Below are positions 30,286 to 46,500 of a stretch of DNA of 64,000 nt, in pieces. Each line of letters starts with the position of its first letter. The stretch's first letter is position 1. The position numbers and the translations under genes are program-made. The notes below the pieces were generated by a model, which did not search any database, was not told the origin of the DNA, and worked only from the letters and a program-made list of their open reading frames with translations. Source of the stretch: the human T2T-CHM13v2.0 reference genome, Homo sapiens; NCBI RefSeq assembly GCF_009914755.1, contig NC_060937.1; one strand, written 5' to 3'.

Positions 30286-33200
30286 ATTGTATTCTGTACA
30301 TAAAATATGAATGTACATCAAAGATATATTATATTCTGTACATAAAATATCAAAGTACACCAAATATATATTATATGCTGTACATAATATATTAAAGTTG
30401 CCCATGCATACATTTTATACTGTACATAAAATATGAAGGTACATCAAATATATAGTATATGCTGCACATAAAATATCAAAGTACCCAAAGTATGTATTAT
30501 ATACTGTACATAAAATATCAAAGTACCAAAAGTATATATTACCTACTGTAAATAAAATATGAAGATACCTCAAATATATATTATATTCTGTATATGAAAT
30601 ATCAAAGTACACCAAGTATATACTATATAGTCTACATAAAATATTAAATTACCCAAAATATGTATTGTATTGTGTACATAAAATATGAAAGTAACCAAAC
30701 ATTTATAATAAACTGTACATAAAATATCAAAGTACTCAAACTTTATATTATATACTGTACATAAAGTATCAAAGTACCCAAACTGTGTAGTATATACTGT
30801 ACATAAAATATCAAGGTACCCAAAATGTATATTGTAAACTGTAGATAAAATATCAAAGTACCCAAAATATATATTATATACTGTACATAAAATATGAAGG
30901 CTCATCCAATATATATTATATTCTGTACATAAAATATCAAAGTACACCAAATGTATATTATATACTGTACATAAAATATAAAACTACCCCAAATATATCT
31001 TATATACTCTACATAAAATATCAAAGTACCCAAAATATATATTATATACTGTACATAAAATATCAAAGTACCCATAGTATGTATTATATCCTGTACATAA
31101 AATATGAAGGTACATCAAATATATATTCTATTCTGCACATAAAATATCATATTGCACCAAATATATATTGTATACTGTATATAAAATATGAAGGTACTTC
31201 AAATATATATTATATGCTGCACATAAAATATCAAAGTACCCAAAGTATGCATTATATACTGTACATAAAATATCAAAGTACCCAAAGTGTATATTATATA
31301 CTGTACATAAAATATGAAGGTTCATCAAATATATTTTATATTCTGCACATAATATATCAAAGTACAGCAAATATATATTATATACTGTACATAAAATATC
31401 AAAGTACCCAAAATATGTATTATATACTGTACATAAAATATGAAAGTAACCAAACATTTATAATAAACTGTACATAAAATATCAAAGTACTCAAACTACA
31501 TATTATATACAGTATATAAAATGTCAAAGTACCCAAACTGTATATTATATACTGTACATAATATATCAAAGTACCCGAATATATAGCATACTGTACATAA
31601 AATATCAAAGTACCCAAAATATATATTGTATACTGTACATAAAATATGAAGGTACATCAAAGATATATTATATTCTGTACATAAAATATCAAAGTACACC
31701 AAATATATATTATATGCTGTACAGAATATATTAAAGTCGACCAAATATATATTATATACTGTACATAAAATATGAAGGTACATCAAATATATATTATATG
31801 CTGCACATAAAATATCAAAGTACCCAAAGTATGTATTATATACTGTACATAAAATATCAAAGTACCCAAAGTATATATTATATACTGTACATAAAATATA
31901 AAATACCCCAAATATATATTATATCCTGTACATAAAATATCAAAGTACCCAAAATATATATTGTAAATTGTACATAAAATATAAAAGTAGCCAAAATATA
32001 TATTGTATACTGTACATAAAATATGAAGGTACATCAAATATATATTATATCCTGTACATAAAATATCAAAGTACCCAAAATATATATTGTAAATTGTACA
32101 TAAAATATCAAAGTAGCCAAAATATATATTGTATACTGTACATAAAATATAAAAGTACCCCAAATATGTATTATATACTGTACATAAAATATCAAAGTAC
32201 CGATAATACATATTATATACTGTACATAAAATATCAAAGGACCCAAAATAAACATTATATACTGTACATAAAATATCCAAATACTCAAAATATATATTAC
32301 ATACTGTACATAAAATATCAAAGTACCCAAATTATGTATTATATACTGTACGTAAAATATCAGAGTACCCAAAATATGCATTATATACTGTACATAAAAT
32401 ATGAAAGTAACAAAACATTTATAATAAACTGTACATAAAATATCAAAGTACTCAAACTATATATCATATACTGTACATAAAATATCAAAGTACCCAAACT
32501 GTATATTATTATATACTGTATATAAAATATCAAAGTACCTGAAATATATATTGTATACTGTACATAAAATATCAAAGTACCCAAAATATATACTATATAC
32601 TGTACATAAAATATGAAGGTACATAAATATATATTATATCCTGTACATAAAATATCAAAGTACACCTATTATATATTGTGTACTCTACATAATATATTAA
32701 GTCGCCCAAATATATATTGTATACTGTATATAAAATATGAAGGTACTTCAAATATATATTATATGCTGCACATAAAATATCAAAGTACCCAAGGTATGCA
32801 TTACATACTGTACATAAAATATCAAAGTACACATATTATATATTATATAATATACATAAAATATGAAGGTTCATCAAATATATATTATATTCTGTACATA
32901 ATATATCAAAGTACATCAAATATATATTATATACTGTACATAAAATATCAAAGTACCAAAAATATGTATTATATACTGTACATAAAATATGAAAGTAACC
33001 AAACATTTATAATATACTGTACATAAAATATCAAAGTACTCAGTCTACATATTACATACAGTATATAAAATATCAAAGTACACACACTGTATATTATATA
33101 CTGTACATAATATATCAAAGTACCCAGAATATATAACATACTGTACATAAAATATCAAAGTACCCGAAATATATATGGTATACTGTACATAAAATATGAA

Positions 33201-36200
33201 GGTACATCAAAGATATATTATATTCTGTACATAAAATATCAAACTACACCAAATATATATTATATGCTGTACATAATATATTAAAGTTGCCCAAATACAC
33301 ATTCTATACTGTACATAAAATATGAACGTACATCAAATATATAGTATATGCTGCACATAAAATATCAAAGTACCCAAAGTATGTATTATACACTGTACAT
33401 AAAATATCAAAGTACCAAAAGTATATATTACATACTGTAAATAAAATATGAAGGTACCTCAAATATATATTATATTCTGTACATAAAATATCAAAGTCCA
33501 CCAAGTATATACTATATACTCTGCATAAAATATTAAATTACCCAAAATATGTATTGCATTGTGTACATAAAATATGAAAGTAACCAAACATTTATAATAA
33601 ACTGTACATAAAATATCAAAGTACTCAAACTGTATATTATATACTGTACATAAAGTATCAAAGTACCCAAACTGTGTAGTATATACTGTACATAAAATAT
33701 CAAGGTACCCAAAATATATATTGTAAACTGTAGATTAAATATCAAAGTACCCAAAATATATATTATATACTGTACATAAAATATGAAGGCACATCCAATA
33801 TATACTATATTCTGTACATAAAATATCAAAGTACACCAAATGTATATTATATACTGTACATAAAATATCAAAGTACCCAAAGTGTATATTATATACTGTA
33901 CATAAAATATGAAGGTTCATCAAATATATTTTATATTCTGCACATAATATATCAAAGTACAGCAAATATATATTATATACTGTACATAAAATATCAAAGT
34001 ACCCAAAATATGTATTATATACTGTACATAAAATATGAAAGTAACCAAACATTTATAATAAACTTTACATAAAGTATCAAAGTACTCAAACTACATATTA
34101 TATACAGTATATAAAATATCAAAGTACCCCAACTGTGTATTATATACTGTACATAATATATCAAAGTACCCAAATATATAGCATACTGTACATAAAATAT
34201 CAAAGTACCCAAAATATATATTATATACTGTACATAAAATATCAAAATACCCAAAATATATATTATATACTGTACATAAATTACCAAAGTACCCAAAGTA
34301 TATATTATGTAACGTACAAAAAATATCAAAGTAGCCAAAATATGTATTATACACTGTACTTAATATATGAAAGTACCCAAACATTTATAATAAACTGTAA
34401 ATAAAATATCAATGTACTCAAACTATATATTATGTGCGGTACATAAGATATCAAAGTACCCATGCTATATAGTATATACTGTACTTAAAATATCAAAATA
34501 CCCAAAATATATATTATATACGTTACATAAACTATCAAATACACAAAGTATGTATTATATACTGTACATAAAATAGCAAAGTTCCCAAAATATGTATTAT
34601 ATACTGTACGTAAAATATGAAAGTACCCAACCATTTATAATAAACTCTACATAAAATACCAAAGTACCCAAACTGTGTATTATATACTGTCCATAAAATA
34701 TCAAAGGACCCAAAATATATATTGTAAACTCTACATAAAATATCAAAGTAGCCAAAATACATATTGTATACTGTACATAAAATATAAAAGTACCCCAAAT
34801 ATATATTATATACTGTACATAAAATATCAAAGTACCCATAATACATATTATATACTGTACATAAAATATCAAAGGACCCAAAATAAACATTATATACTGT
34901 ACATAAAATATCCAAATACTCAAAATATATATTACATACTGTACATAAAATATCAAAGTACCCAAATTATGTATTATATACTGTATATAAAATATCAGAG
35001 TACCCAAAATATGCATTATATACTGTACATAAAATATGAAGGTACATCAAATATATAGTATATGCTGCACATAAAATATCAAAGTACCCAAAGTATGTAT
35101 TATATACTGTACATAAAATATCAAAGTACCAAAAGTATATATTACCTACTGTAAATAAAATATGAAGATACCTCAAATATATATTATATTCTGTACATAA
35201 AATATCAAAGTGCACCAAGTATATACTATATACTCTACATAAAATATTAAATTACCCAAAATATGTATTGTATTGTGTACATAGAATATGAAAGTAACCA
35301 AACATTTATAATAAACTGTACATAAAATATCAAAGTACTCAAACTTTATATTATATACTGTACATAAAGTATCAAAGTACCCAAACTGTGTAGTATATAC
35401 TGTACATGAAATATCAAGGTACCCAAAATGTATATTGTAAACTGTAGATAAAATATCAAAGTACCCAAAATATATATTATATACTGTACATAAAATATGA
35501 AGGCACATCCAATATATATTATATTCTGTACATAAAATATCAAAGTACACCAAATGTATATTATATACTGTACATAAAATATAAAACTACCCCAAATATA
35601 TCTTCTATACTCTACATAAAATATCAAAGTACCCAAAATATATATTATATACTGTACATAAAATATCAAAGTACCCATAGTATGTATTATATCCTGTACA
35701 TAAAATATGAAGGTACATCAAATATATATTCTATTCTGCACATAAAATATCATATTGCACCAAATATATATTGTATACTGTATATAAAATATGAAGGTAC
35801 TTCAAATATATATTATATGCTGCACATAAAATATCAAAGTACCCAAAGTATGCATTATATACTGTACATAAAATATCAAAGTACCCAAAGTGTATATTAT
35901 ATACTGTACATAAATTATGAAGGTTCATCAAATATATTTTATATTCTGCACATAATATATCAAAGTACAGCAAATATATATTATATATTGTACATAAAAT
36001 AACAAAGTACCAAAAATATGTATTATATACTGTACATAAAATATGAAAGTAACCAAATATTTATAATAAACTGTATATAAAATATCAAAGTACTCAAACT
36101 ACATATTATATACAGTATATAAAATATCAAAGTACCCAAACTATATATTATATACTGTACATACTATATCAAAGTACCCAAATATATAGCATACTGTCCA

Positions 36201-39200
36201 TAAAATATCAAAGTACCCAATATATATATTGTATACTGTACATAAAATATGAAGGTACATCAAAGATATATTATATCCTGTACATAAAATATCAAAGTAC
36301 ACCAAATATATATTATATGCTGTACATAATATATTAAAGTCGACCAAATATATATTATATACTGTACATAAAATATGAAGGTACCTCAACTATATATTAT
36401 ATGCTGCACATAAATTATCAAAGTACCCAAAGTATGTATTATATACTGTACATAAAATATCAAAGTACCCAAAGTATATATTATATACTGTACATAAAAT
36501 ATAAAATACCCCAAATATATATTATATGCTGTACATAAAATATCAAAGTACACAAAATATGTATTATGTACTGTACATACAATATAAAGGACCCAAAATA
36601 TATACTATATACTGTACATAAAATATCAAAATACCCAAAATATATATTATATACTGTACATAAAATACCAAAGTACCCAAAGTATATATTATATACCGTA
36701 CAAAAAATATCAAAGTAGCCAAAATATGTATTATACACTGTACATAATATATGAAAGTACCCAAACATTTATAATAAAGTGTACATAAAATATCAATGTA
36801 CTCAAACTATGTATTATGTGCGGTACATAACATATCAAATTATCCATACTATATAGTATGTACTGCACTTAAAATATCAAAATACCCAAAATATATATTA
36901 TATACGTTACATAAACTATCAAATACACAAAGTATGTATTATATACTGTACATAAAATAGCAAAGTTCCCAAAATATGTATTATATACTGTACATAAAAT
37001 ATGAAAGTACCCAACCATTTATAATAAACTCTACATAAAATACCAAAGTACCCAAACTGTGTATTATATACTGTCCATAAAATATCAAAGTACCCAAAAT
37101 ATATATTGTAAACTCTACATAAAATATCAAAGTAGCCAAAATACATATTTTATACTGTACATAAAATATGAAAGTACCCCAAATATGTATTATATACTGT
37201 ACATAAAATATCAAAGTACCCATAATACATATTATATACTGTACATAAAATATCAAAGGACCCAAAATAAACATTATATACTGTACATAAAATATCCAAA
37301 TACTCAAAATATATATTACGTACTGTACATAAAATATCAAAGTACCCAAATTATGTATTATATACTGTACATAAAATATCAGAGTACCCAAAATATGCAT
37401 TATATACTGTACATAAAATATGAAAGTAACAATACATTTATAATAAACTGTACAAAAAATATCAAAGTACTCAAACTATATATCATATACTGTACATAAA
37501 ATATCAAAGTACCCAAACTGTGTATTATTATATACTGTATATAAAATATCAAATACCTGAAATATATATTGTATACTGTACATAAAATATCAAAGTACCC
37601 AAAATATATACTATATACTGTACATAAAATATGAAGGTACATCAAATATATATTATATCCTGTACATAAAATATCAAAGTACACCTATTATATATTGTGT
37701 ACTGTACATAATATATTAAATCGCCCAAATATATATTGTATACTGTATATAAAATATGAAGGTACTTCAAATATATATTATATGCTGCACATAAAATATC
37801 AAAGTACCCAAAGTATGCATTACATACTGTACATAAAATATCAAAGTACACATATTATATATTATATAATGTACATAAAATATGAAGGTTCATCAAATAT
37901 ATATTATATTCTGTACATAATATATCAAAGTACATAAAATATATATTATATACGGTACATAAAATATCAAAGTACCAAAAATATGTATTATATACTGTAC
38001 ATAAAACATGAAAGTAACCAAACATTTATAATAAACTGTACATTAAATATCAAAGTACTCAATGTACATAATATATACAGTATATAAAATATCAAAGTAC
38101 ACAAACTGTATATTATATACTGTACATAATATATCAAAGTACCCAGAATATATAGCATACTGTACATAAAATATCAAAGTACCCAAAATATATATTGTAT
38201 ACTGTACATAAAATATGAAGGTACATCAAAGATATATTATATTCTGTACATAAAATATCAAAGTACACCAAATATATATTATATGCTGTACATAGTATAT
38301 TAAAGTTGCCCGTATATACATTATATACTGTACATAAAATATGAACGTACATCAAATATATAGTATATGCTGCACATAAAATATCAAAGTACCCAAAGTA
38401 TGTATTATACACTGTACATAAAATATCAAAGTACCAAAAGTATATATTACATACTGTAAATAAAATATGAAGGTACCTCAAATATATATTATATTCTGTA
38501 CATAAAATATCAAAGTACACCAAGTATATACTATATACTCTGCATAAAATATTAAATTACCCAAAATATGTATTGTATTGTGTACATAAAATATGAAAGT
38601 AACCAAACATTTATAATAAACTGTACATAAAATATCAAAGTACTCAAACTGTATATTATATACTGTACATAAAGTATCAAAGTACCCAAACTGTGTAGTA
38701 TATACTGTACATAAAATATCAAGGTACCCAAAATATATATTGTAAACTGTAGATAAAATATCAAAGTACCCAAAATATATATTATATACTGTACATAAAA
38801 TGTGAAGGCACATCCAATATATATTATATTCTGTACATAAAATATCAAAGTACACCAAATGTATATTATATACTGTACATAAAATATCAAAGTACCCAAT
38901 GTGTATATTATATACTGTACATAAAATATGAAGGTTCATCAAATATGTTTTATATTCTGCACATAATATATCAAAGTACAGCAAATATATATTATATACT
39001 GTAAATAAAATATCAAAGTACCCAAAATATGTATTATATACTGTACATAAAATATGAAAGTAACCAAACATTTATAATAAACTGTACATAAAGTATCAAA
39101 GTACTCAAACTACATATTATATACAGTATATAAAATGTCAAAGTACCCAAACTGTATATTATATACTGTACATAATATATCAAAGTACCCGAATATATAG

Positions 39201-42200
39201 CATACTGTACATAAAATATCAAAGTACCCAAAGTGTGTTTTATACACTGCACATAAAATATGAAGGTACATAAAATATATATTGTATTCTGTACATAAAA
39301 TATCAAAGTACTCCAAATATATATTATATGCTGTACATAATATATTAAAGTCGCCCAAATATATATTATATACTGTGCATAAAATATGAAGGTACATCAA
39401 ATATATATTATATGCTGCACATAAAATATCAAAGTACCCAAAGTATGTGTTATATACTGTACATAAAATATCAAAGTACCCAAAGTATATATTATATACT
39501 GTACATAAAATATAAAATACCCCAAATATATATTATATGCTGTACATAAAATATCAAAGTACACAAAATATGTATTATATACTGTACATAAAATACCAAA
39601 GGACCCAAAATATATATTATATACTGTACATAAAATATCAAAATTCCCAAAATATATATTATATACTGTACATAAAATACCAAAGTACCCAAAGTATATA
39701 TTATATACCGTACAAAAAATATCAAAGTAGCCAAAATATGTATTATACACTGTACATAATATATGAAAGTACCCAAACATTTATAATAAACTGTACATAA
39801 AATATCAATGTACTCAAACTATATATTATGTGCGGTACATAAGATATCAAAGTACCCATACTATATAGTATATACTGTACTTAAAATATCAAAATACCCA
39901 AAATATATATTATATACGTTACATAAACTATCAAGTACACAAAGTATGTATTATATACTGTACATAAAATAGCAAAGTTCCCAAAATATGTAATATATAT
40001 ATTATAAATATGTACATAAAATATGAAAGTATCCAACCATTTATAATAAACTCTACATAAAACACCAAAGTACCCAAACTGTGTATTATATACTGTCCAT
40101 AAAATATCAAAGTACCCAAAATATATATTGTAAACTGTACATAAAATATCAAAGTAGCCAAAATACATATTGTATACTGTACATAAAATATAAAAGTACC
40201 CCAAATATATATTATATACTGTACATAAAATATCAAAGTACCCATAATACATATTATATACTGTACATAAAATATCAAAGGACCCAAAATAAACATTATA
40301 TACTGTACATAAAATATCCAAATACTCAAAATATATATTACATACTGTACATAAAATATCAAAGTACCCAAATTATGTATTATATACTGTACGTAAAATA
40401 TCAGAGTACCCAAAATATGCATTATATACTGTACATAAAATATGAAAGTAACAAAACATTTATAATAAACTGTACATAAAATATCAAAGTACTCAAACTA
40501 TATATCATATACTGTACATAAAATATCAAAGTACCCAAAATATATATTGTATACTGTACATAAAATATGAAGGTACATCAAAGATATATTATATTCTGTA
40601 CATAAAATATCAAACTACACCAAATATATATTATATCCTGTACATAATATATTAAAGTTGCCCATATATACATTCTATACTGTACATAAAATATGAACGT
40701 ACATCAAATATATAGTATATGCTGCACATAAAATATCAAAGTACCCAAAGTATGTATTATACACTGTACATAAAATATCAAAGTACCAAAAGTATATATT
40801 ACATACTGTAAATAAAATATGAAGGTACCTCAAATATATATTATATTCTATACATAAAATATCAAAGTACACCAAGTATATACTATATACTCTGCATAAA
40901 ATATTAAATTACCCAAAATATGTATTGCATTGTGTACATAAAATATGAAAGTAACCAAACGTTTATAATAAACTGTACATAAAATATCAAAGTACTCAAA
41001 CTGTATATTATATACTGTACATAAAGTATCAAAGTACCCAAACTGTGTAGTATATATTGTACATAAAATATCAAGGTACCCAAAATATATATTGTAAACT
41101 GTAGATAAAATATCAAAGTAACCAAAATATATATTATATACTGTACATGAAATATGAAGGCACATCCAATATATATTATACTCTGTACATAAAATATCAA
41201 AGTACACCAAATGTATATTATATACTGTACATAAAATATGAAAGTACCCAAAGTGTATATTATATACTGTACATAAACTATGAAGGTTCATCAAATATAT
41301 TTTATATTCTGCACATAATATATCAAAGTACAGCAAATATATATTATATACTGTACATAAAATATCAAAGTACCCAAAATATGTATTATATACTGTACAT
41401 AAAATATGAAAGTAAGCAAACATTTATAATAAACTGTACATAAAGTATCAAAGTACTCAAACTACATATTATATACAGTATATAAAATATCAAAGTACCC
41501 AAACTGTATATTATATACTGTACATAATATATCAAAGTACCCGAATATATAGCATACTCCACATAAAATATCAAAGTACCCAAAGTTTGTATTATACACT
41601 GCACATAAAATATGGAGGTACATCAAAGATATATTATATTCTGTACATAAAATATCAAAGTACACCAAATATATATTATATGCTGTACATAATATATTAA
41701 AGTCGACCAAATATATATTATATACTGTACATAAAATATGAAGGTACATCAAATATATATTATATGCTGCACATAAAATATCAAAGTACCCAAAGTATGT
41801 GTTATATACTGTACATAAAATATCAAAGTACCCAAAGTATATATTATATACTGTACATAAAATATAAAATACCCCAAATATATATTATATGCTCTACATA
41901 AAATATCAAAGTACACAAAATATGTATTATATACTGTACATAAAATACCAAAGGACCCAAAATATATATTATATACTGTACATAAAATATCAAAATACCC
42001 AAAATATATATTATATACTGTACATAAAATACCAAAGTACCCAAAGTATATATTATATACCGTACAAAAAATATCAAAGTAGCCAAAATATGTATTATAC
42101 ACTGTACATAATATATGAAAGTACCCAAACATTTATAATAAACTGTACATAAAATATCAATGTACTCAAACTATATATTATGTGCGGTACATAAGATATC

Positions 42201-43558
42201 AAAGTACCCATACTATATAGTATATACTGTACTTAAAATATCAAAATACCCAAAATATATATTATATACGTTACATAAACTATCACATACACAAAGTATG
42301 TATTATATACTGTACATAAAATAGCAAAGTTCCCAAAATATGTATTATATACTGTACATAAAATATGAAAGTACCCAACCATTCATAATAAAGTCTACAT
42401 AAAATACCAAAGTACCCAAACTGTGTATTATATACTGTCCATAAAATATCAAAGGACCCAAAATATATATTGTAAACTCTACATAAAATATCAAAGTAGC
42501 CAAAATACATATTGTATACTGTACATAAAATATAAAAGTACCCGAAATATATATTATATACTGTACATAAAATATCAAAGTACCCATAATACATATTATA
42601 TACTGTACATAAAATATCAAAGGACCCAAAATAAACATTATATACTGTACATAAAATATCCAAATACTCAAAATATATATTACATACTGTACATAAAATA
42701 TCAAAGTACCCAAATTATGTATTATATACTGTACGTAAAATATCAGAGTACCCAAAATATGCATTATATACTGTACATAAAAAATGAAAGTAACAAAACA
42801 TTTATAATAAACTGTACATAAAATATCAAAGTACTCAAACTATATATCATATACTGTACATAAAATATCAAAGTACCCAAACTGTGTATTATTATATACT
42901 GTATATAAAATATCAAAGTACCTGAAATATATATTGTATACTGTACATAAAATATCAAAGTACCCAAAATATATACTATATACTGTACATAAAATATGAA
43001 GGTACATCAAATATATATTATATCCTGTACATAAAATATCAAAGTACACCTATTATATATTGTGTACTGTACATAATATATTAAATCGCCCAAATATATA
43101 TCGTATACTGTATATAAAATATGAAGGTACTTCAAATATATATTGTATGCTGCACATAAAATATCAAAGTACCCAAAGAATGCATTACATACTGTACATA
43201 AAATATCAAGGTACACAAATTATATATTATATACTGTACATAAAATATGTAGGTTCATCAAATATATTTTATATTCTGTACATAATATATCAAAGTACAT
43301 CAAATATATATTATATACTGTACATAAAATATCAAAGTACCCAAAATATGTATTATATACTGTACATAAAACATGAAAGTAACCAAACATTTATAATAAA
43401 CTGTACATAAAATATCAAAGTACTCAATCTACATATTATATACAGTATATAAAATATCAAGGTACACAAACTGTATAATATATACTGCACATAATATATC
43501 AAAGTACCCAGAATATATAGCATACTGTACATAAAATATCAAAGTACCCAAAATATAT
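29702..43558 (+). repeat. super-HOR copy 3 (13,857 bp, complete)
   Basis: Constant offset of 30,066 to copy 1 until 43558. Identity breaks at 43559 (aaatatat|tgtatac versus aaatatat|actatatac at 13493). Confidence 0.95.
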
Positions 43559-46500
43559 TGTATACTGTACATAAAATATGAAGGTACATCAAAGATATAT
43601 TATATTCTGTACATAAAATATCAAACTACACCAAATATGTATTGTATGCTGTACATAATATATTAAAGTTGCCCATATATACATTATATACTGTACATAA
43701 AATATGAACGTACATCAAATATATAGTATATGCTGCACATAAAATATCAAAGTACCCAAAGTATGTATTATACACTGTACATAAAATATCAAAGTACCAA
43801 AAGTATATATTACATACTGTAAATAAAATATGAAGGTACCTCAAATATATATTATATTCTGTACATAAAATATCAAAGTACACCAAGTATATACTATATA
43901 ATCTGCATAAAATATTAAATTACCCAAAATATGTATTGTATTGTGTACATAAAATATGAAAGTATCCAAACATTTATAATAAACTGTACATAAAATATCA
44001 AAGTACTCAAACTGTATATTATATACTGTACATAAAGTATCAAAGTACCCAAACTGTGTAGTATATACTGTACATAAAATATCAAGGTACCCAAAATATA
44101 TATTGTAAACTGTAGATAAAATATCAAAGTACCCAAAATATATATTATATACTGTACATAAAATATGAAGGCACATCCAATATATATTATATTCTGTACA
44201 TAAAATATCAAAGTACACCAAATGTATATAATATACTGTACATAAAATATCAAAGTACCCAAATTGTATATTATATACTGTACATAAAATATGAAGGTTC
44301 ATCAAATATATTTTATATTCTGCACATCATATATCAAAGTACAGCAAATATATATTATATACTGTACATAAAATATCAAAGTACCCAAAATATGTATTAT
44401 ATACTGTACATAAAATATGAAAGTAACCAAACATTTATAATACACTGTACATAAAGTATCAAAGTACTCAAACTACATATTATATACAGTATATAAAATA
44501 TCAAAGTACCCAAACTGTATATTATATACTGTACATAATATATCAAAGTACCCGAATATATAGCATACTCTACATAAAATATCAAAGTACCCAAAGTTTG
44601 TATTATACACTGCACAGAAAATATGAAGGTACATCAAAGATATATTATATTCTCTACATAAAATATCAAAGTACACCAAATATATATTATATGCTGTACA
44701 TAATATATTAAAGTCGACCAAATATATATTATATACTGTACATAAAATATGAAGGTACATCAAATATATATTATATGCTGCACATAAAATATCAAAGTAC
44801 CCAAAGTATGTGTTATATACTGTACATAAAATATCAAAGTACCCAAAGTATATATTATATACTGTACATAAAATATAAAATACCCCAAATATATATTATA
44901 TGCTCTACATAAAATATCAAAGTACACAAAATATGTATTATATACTGTACATAAAATACCAAAGGACCCAAAATATATATTATATACTGTACATAAAATA
45001 TCAAAATTCCCAAAATATATATTATATACTGTACATAAAATACCAAAGTACCCAAAGTATATATTATATACCGTACAAAAAATATCAAAGTAGCCAACAT
45101 ATGTATTATACACTGTACATAATATATGAAAGTACCCAAACATTTATAATAAATTGTACATAAAATATCAATGTACTCCAACTATATATTATGTGCGGTA
45201 CATAAGATATCAAAGTACCCATACTATATAGTATATACTGTACTTAAAATATCAAAATACCCAAAATATATATTATATACGTTACATAAACTATCAAATA
45301 CACAAAGTATGTATTATGTACTGTACATAAAATAGCAAAGTTCCCAAAATATGTATTATATACTGTACATAAAATATGAAAGTACCCAACCATTTATAAT
45401 AAACTCTACATAAAATACCAAAGTACCCAAACTGTGTATTATATACTGTCCATAAAATATCAAAGTACCCAAAATATATATTGTAAACTCTACATAAAAT
45501 ATCAAAGTAGCCAAAATACATATTGTATACTGTACATAAAATATAAAAGTACCCCAAATATATATTATATACTGTACATAAAATATCAAAGTACCCATAA
45601 TACATATTATATACTGTACATAAAATATCAAAGGACCCAAAATAAACATTATATACTGTACATAAAATATCCAAATACTCAAAATATATATTACATACTG
45701 TACATAAAATATCAAAGTACCCAAATTATGTATTATATACTGTACGTAAAATATCAGAGTACCCAAAATATGCATTATATACTGTACATAAAATATGAAA
45801 GTAACAAAACATTTATAAAAAACTGTACATAAAATATCAAAGTACTCAAACTATATATCATATACTGTACATAAAATATCAAAGTACCCAAACTGTGTAT
45901 TATTATATACTGTATATAAAATATCAAAGTACCTGAAATATATACTGTATACTGTACATAAAATATCAAAGTACCCAAAATATATACTATATACTGTACA
46001 TAAAATATGAAGGTACATCAAATATATATTATATCCTGTACATAAAATATCAAAGTACACCTATTATATATTGTGTACTGTACATAATATATTAAATCGC
46101 CCAAATATATATTGTATACTGTATATAAAATATGAAGGTACTTCAAATATATATTATATGCTGCACATAAAATATCAAAGTACCCAAGGTATGCATTACA
46201 TACTGTACATAAAATATCAAAGTACACATATTATCTATTATATAATGTACATAAAATATGAAGGTTCATCAAATATATATTATATTCTGTACATAATATA
46301 TCAATGTACATCAAATATATATTATATACTGTACATAAAATATCAAAGTACCAAAAATATGTATTATATACTGTACATAAAACATGAAAGTAACCAAACA
46401 TTTATAATAAACTGTACATAAAATATCAAAGTACTCAATCTACATATTATATACAGTATATAAAATATCAAAGTACACAAACTGTATATTATATACTGTA

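Noticed and set aside
1-43558. The 13.9-kb copies as a pure assembly artefact
   Set aside because: The copies carry distinct, partly shared SNPs and a specific novel junction, which argues for real duplication. It cannot be fully excluded without reads.
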